From Octopus bimaculoides (lineage: Eukaryota), in assembly GCF_001194135.2 (NCBI RefSeq), contig NC_068981.1:187998563-188034408 (forward strand): a DNA stretch of 35,846 nt, written 5' to 3'. Below the pieces are notes generated by a model. The model was not told the origin of the DNA, did no database searches, and saw only the letters and a program-made list of their open reading frames with translations. The translations under genes were made by a program, and so were the position numbers. This document shows positions 33,480 through 35,846 of the stretch, piece by piece (position 1 is the stretch's first letter; each line of letters starts with the position of its first letter).

Positions 33480-34230
33480 TTCAGTGTTTGTTCTCGTTTT
33501 TTGTTTTGCTGTTGTTTTGCATAATGTTCCCCATGGTTAATGATTCATGAGCTTTTCCAGATCTTCTGCGATCGTTTTCAGCCAGGACTTGTTTGACGAG
33601 GGCTATTGTTTACTTGTTCTTCTTATAGCCAGAGACCTCTGACTTGTTTCTATGGCAACCTACAATGATCTGTTCCACTCACATGGCTAGGCACACAAAA
33701 CTGTCGTTTCGGAATGAATTGGGGAAATGCTCAGTTGACAAAAGTAAATTCGTTGAATGTGATTTCTCCGCAAACGGTTGATCTGTGATAACCCAAGTAT
33801 GCGGCTGATGCATCATATTTGAACGGTTTCCATCATATTGAAATCTCTGCGGAGTAATATCCAAGAATTGGCGCTAGACAGTAATATAGAAATTACATAT
33901 GATTGATAAATGTGAACACTGGTGTGCGTAATGAGGCATTCTGTTGTTTCGAAACATACTAATTAAGGAACCTGAAGGCTGTTGGTGCTAACTCAATTCT
34001 TGTGGTTTTATCATAATGATGCAGCGATTTTGGGTTTTTTTTTTTTTACACCATATGATTCAATGCATTGAATCACAGTGATTTGTTTCAGTCGCAAATT
34101 GTTCTAATTGGCAACTGGAGCTTCTAATGTGACATTAATTAAATAAGACAAATCTGCTGGTCTTATGAATATTGATATTAAGAACCAATTCCGAAGTTAT
34201 GTTTTGGATATTTTAGAGAGCATTCTGTTT
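33480..34230 (-). mobile_element. Decayed RTE LINE ORF2 C-terminal ~750 bp
   Basis: LVLNINIHKT, IYQSYVISILLSSANSWILLRRDFNMMETVQI*CISRILGL, KSWLKTIAEDLEKL, in RTE order. Confidence 0.7.
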
Positions 34231-34240
34231 CTCTTCTGTA

Positions 34241-34442
34241 TTCTTTTATTCTTTTATTTTTTAGTCATTTTGACTGCCGCCATGTTGGAACACCGCATTT
34301 AGCCGAGCAAATCGATCCCAGGACTTATTCTTTATACGCCTAGTACTTATCCAATCGGACTTTTTGCCGAACCGCTAAGTTACGGTAACGTGAACACACT
34401 AGCATCGGTTGTCAGGCGATGGTGTGGAGACAAGCATACACA

Positions 34443-34486
<44 letters not shown>

Positions 34487-34624
34487 CGACGGGCTTCTTT
34501 CAGTTTCCGTCTACCAAATCTACTCACAAGGCTTTGGTGGGCCCGAGGCTATAGTAGAAGACACTTGCCCGGACCCATGTGGTTGCTAAGCAAGCTACTT
34601 ACCACACAGCCACTCCTGCGCCTA
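34241..34624 (-). mobile_element. SINE family A with a deletion removing the B-box region
   Basis: acttgccc|ggacccatgtgg lacks the aaggtgccacgcagtgggactgaaccc seen in 16741-17216. Confidence 0.88.
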
Positions 34625-34724
34625 TCAGCAACAATTTCACTATAGTTATTAAGCATAGCATCTAAATTAATGAGCAACGAACCGTAACAAACTTACGTCA
34701 AGTTCAATAGCTATACGGTCTTTT

Positions 34725-34960
34725 ATGTTTTATCTTTTATATATTTCATTGGTCGGACTGCGGCAATGCTGGAATACCGTATTGAAGGCTTTTAGTAGAC
34801 AGATCGACGCCAGTACCTGTGATTTAAAAGTCTGTTACTAATACCATCGGCCTCTTTTTGCCGAAACGCTAAATCACGGGAACGTAAACGAACCAATACT
34901 GGTTGTCAAGCGGTGTTGAGGTGGTGACAAATACAGATAGAAAGATACACACACATACAT
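34725..34960 (-). mobile_element. SINE family A, 3' half only, diverged
   Basis: gactgcggcaatgctgg...gccgaaacgctaa...ggttgtcaagcgg...acaaatacag. Confidence 0.7.
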
Positions 34961-35019
34961 ATGCAGTGGGATGTGCTAACGTTTCTGCTAACTCGCTACA
35001 TTTTTTCCCTAACCGTTAA

Positions 35020-35620
35020 GCAACGCACAAACAACACGCGCGCGCACGCACACAGACACACACACACACACACATATATATACACTCACGCAAACATACG
35101 TACACGTGAATCTAAAATTCTTCGAATTAAAGAAAAAGCAGTTTGGTTCGCTGGAGACAAACGGCAGTCGTGGACACCTGTTTGTGCACCAATAAGCGCC
35201 ACCAGAGCAGCTGTTCTCCTACAATGATCTCAGTAAATGGCATATTCAGACACATATACGAAGAGGAAACGTTTATGGCCGAAGGTCATACGCATGATTT
35301 ACTAGAAAGTGTGTGACCAATAAATAAGCATTCGTATACATACACACATACATATATAGGTACTCATACAAACACGTGTGTGTGTGTGTGTGTGTGTGCG
35401 TGCGTTCGTGCGTGTGTATTTCGATGTTTCGCTGAACAAATACGAGCAATAGAATTCGGTACATGAGTATAAATAAGATAGAAATAATAAGTACACACAC
35501 ACATGTACATATACGTAGATAGATACACACACATACACACACTTATATATAAAGGTAGTAAGTACACACACATATGTATATATACGTACATAGATACGCG
35601 CACACACATATACACAAATA
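35020..35620. repeat. (CA)n/(TG)n/(TACA)n microsatellite field
   Basis: Direct reading. Confidence 0.85.
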
Positions 35621-35846
35621 GTCTTCATTTGTGTATTTGGTTTGCAAATTTCTTGATGTGAATTCGTGTGATGAAATCAATCTTATCGCGTCGAGGGAAG
35701 AAAAAGGGTCATTATGCCAGTGAAAATTAAAATAAATACACGCACTGCTTTATCTTAAGTAATGAACCTCCCTGGACACAACAAAATACATCGTGTAACT
35801 ACATGTGGATTGTTGGCGATTATTTTTTTTCCTCCGTCTACTTTTT

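Noticed and set aside
35150-35230. Cys-rich minus frame ENSCSGGAYWCTNRCP and a CTCF-like tggtggcgct
   Set aside because: Weak splice sites, no domain pattern, and the motif lacks the CCA..AG core.

Overview
AT-rich, microsatellite-dense, repeat-dominated animal genomic DNA with five assembly gaps. The tRNA-derived SINE families look like those of octopus; this assignment comes from recall and was not database-checked. No complete protein-coding gene is present. Nearly all ORFs in the track are microsatellite or gap artefacts, or retroelement fragments. Contents: about 20 SINE copies of several families, RTE, CR1/Jockey-like and restriction-like-endonuclease (R4/Dong-type) LINE fragments, and a Helitron-like remnant with STPR-type 23-aa repeats. 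One strong (9533-9570) and a few weaker candidate host exons suggest the window may be intronic. The most striking structure is a cluster of long inverted repeats at 22.5-29.6 kb. It includes a ~435-bp near-complete foldback inserted in a SINE. It also includes two inverted pairs of Penelope-like termini, each arm carrying a minimal type I hammerhead-ribozyme-like motif, so both strands encode one. Catalytic activity is unproven because each copy has core or stem deviations.
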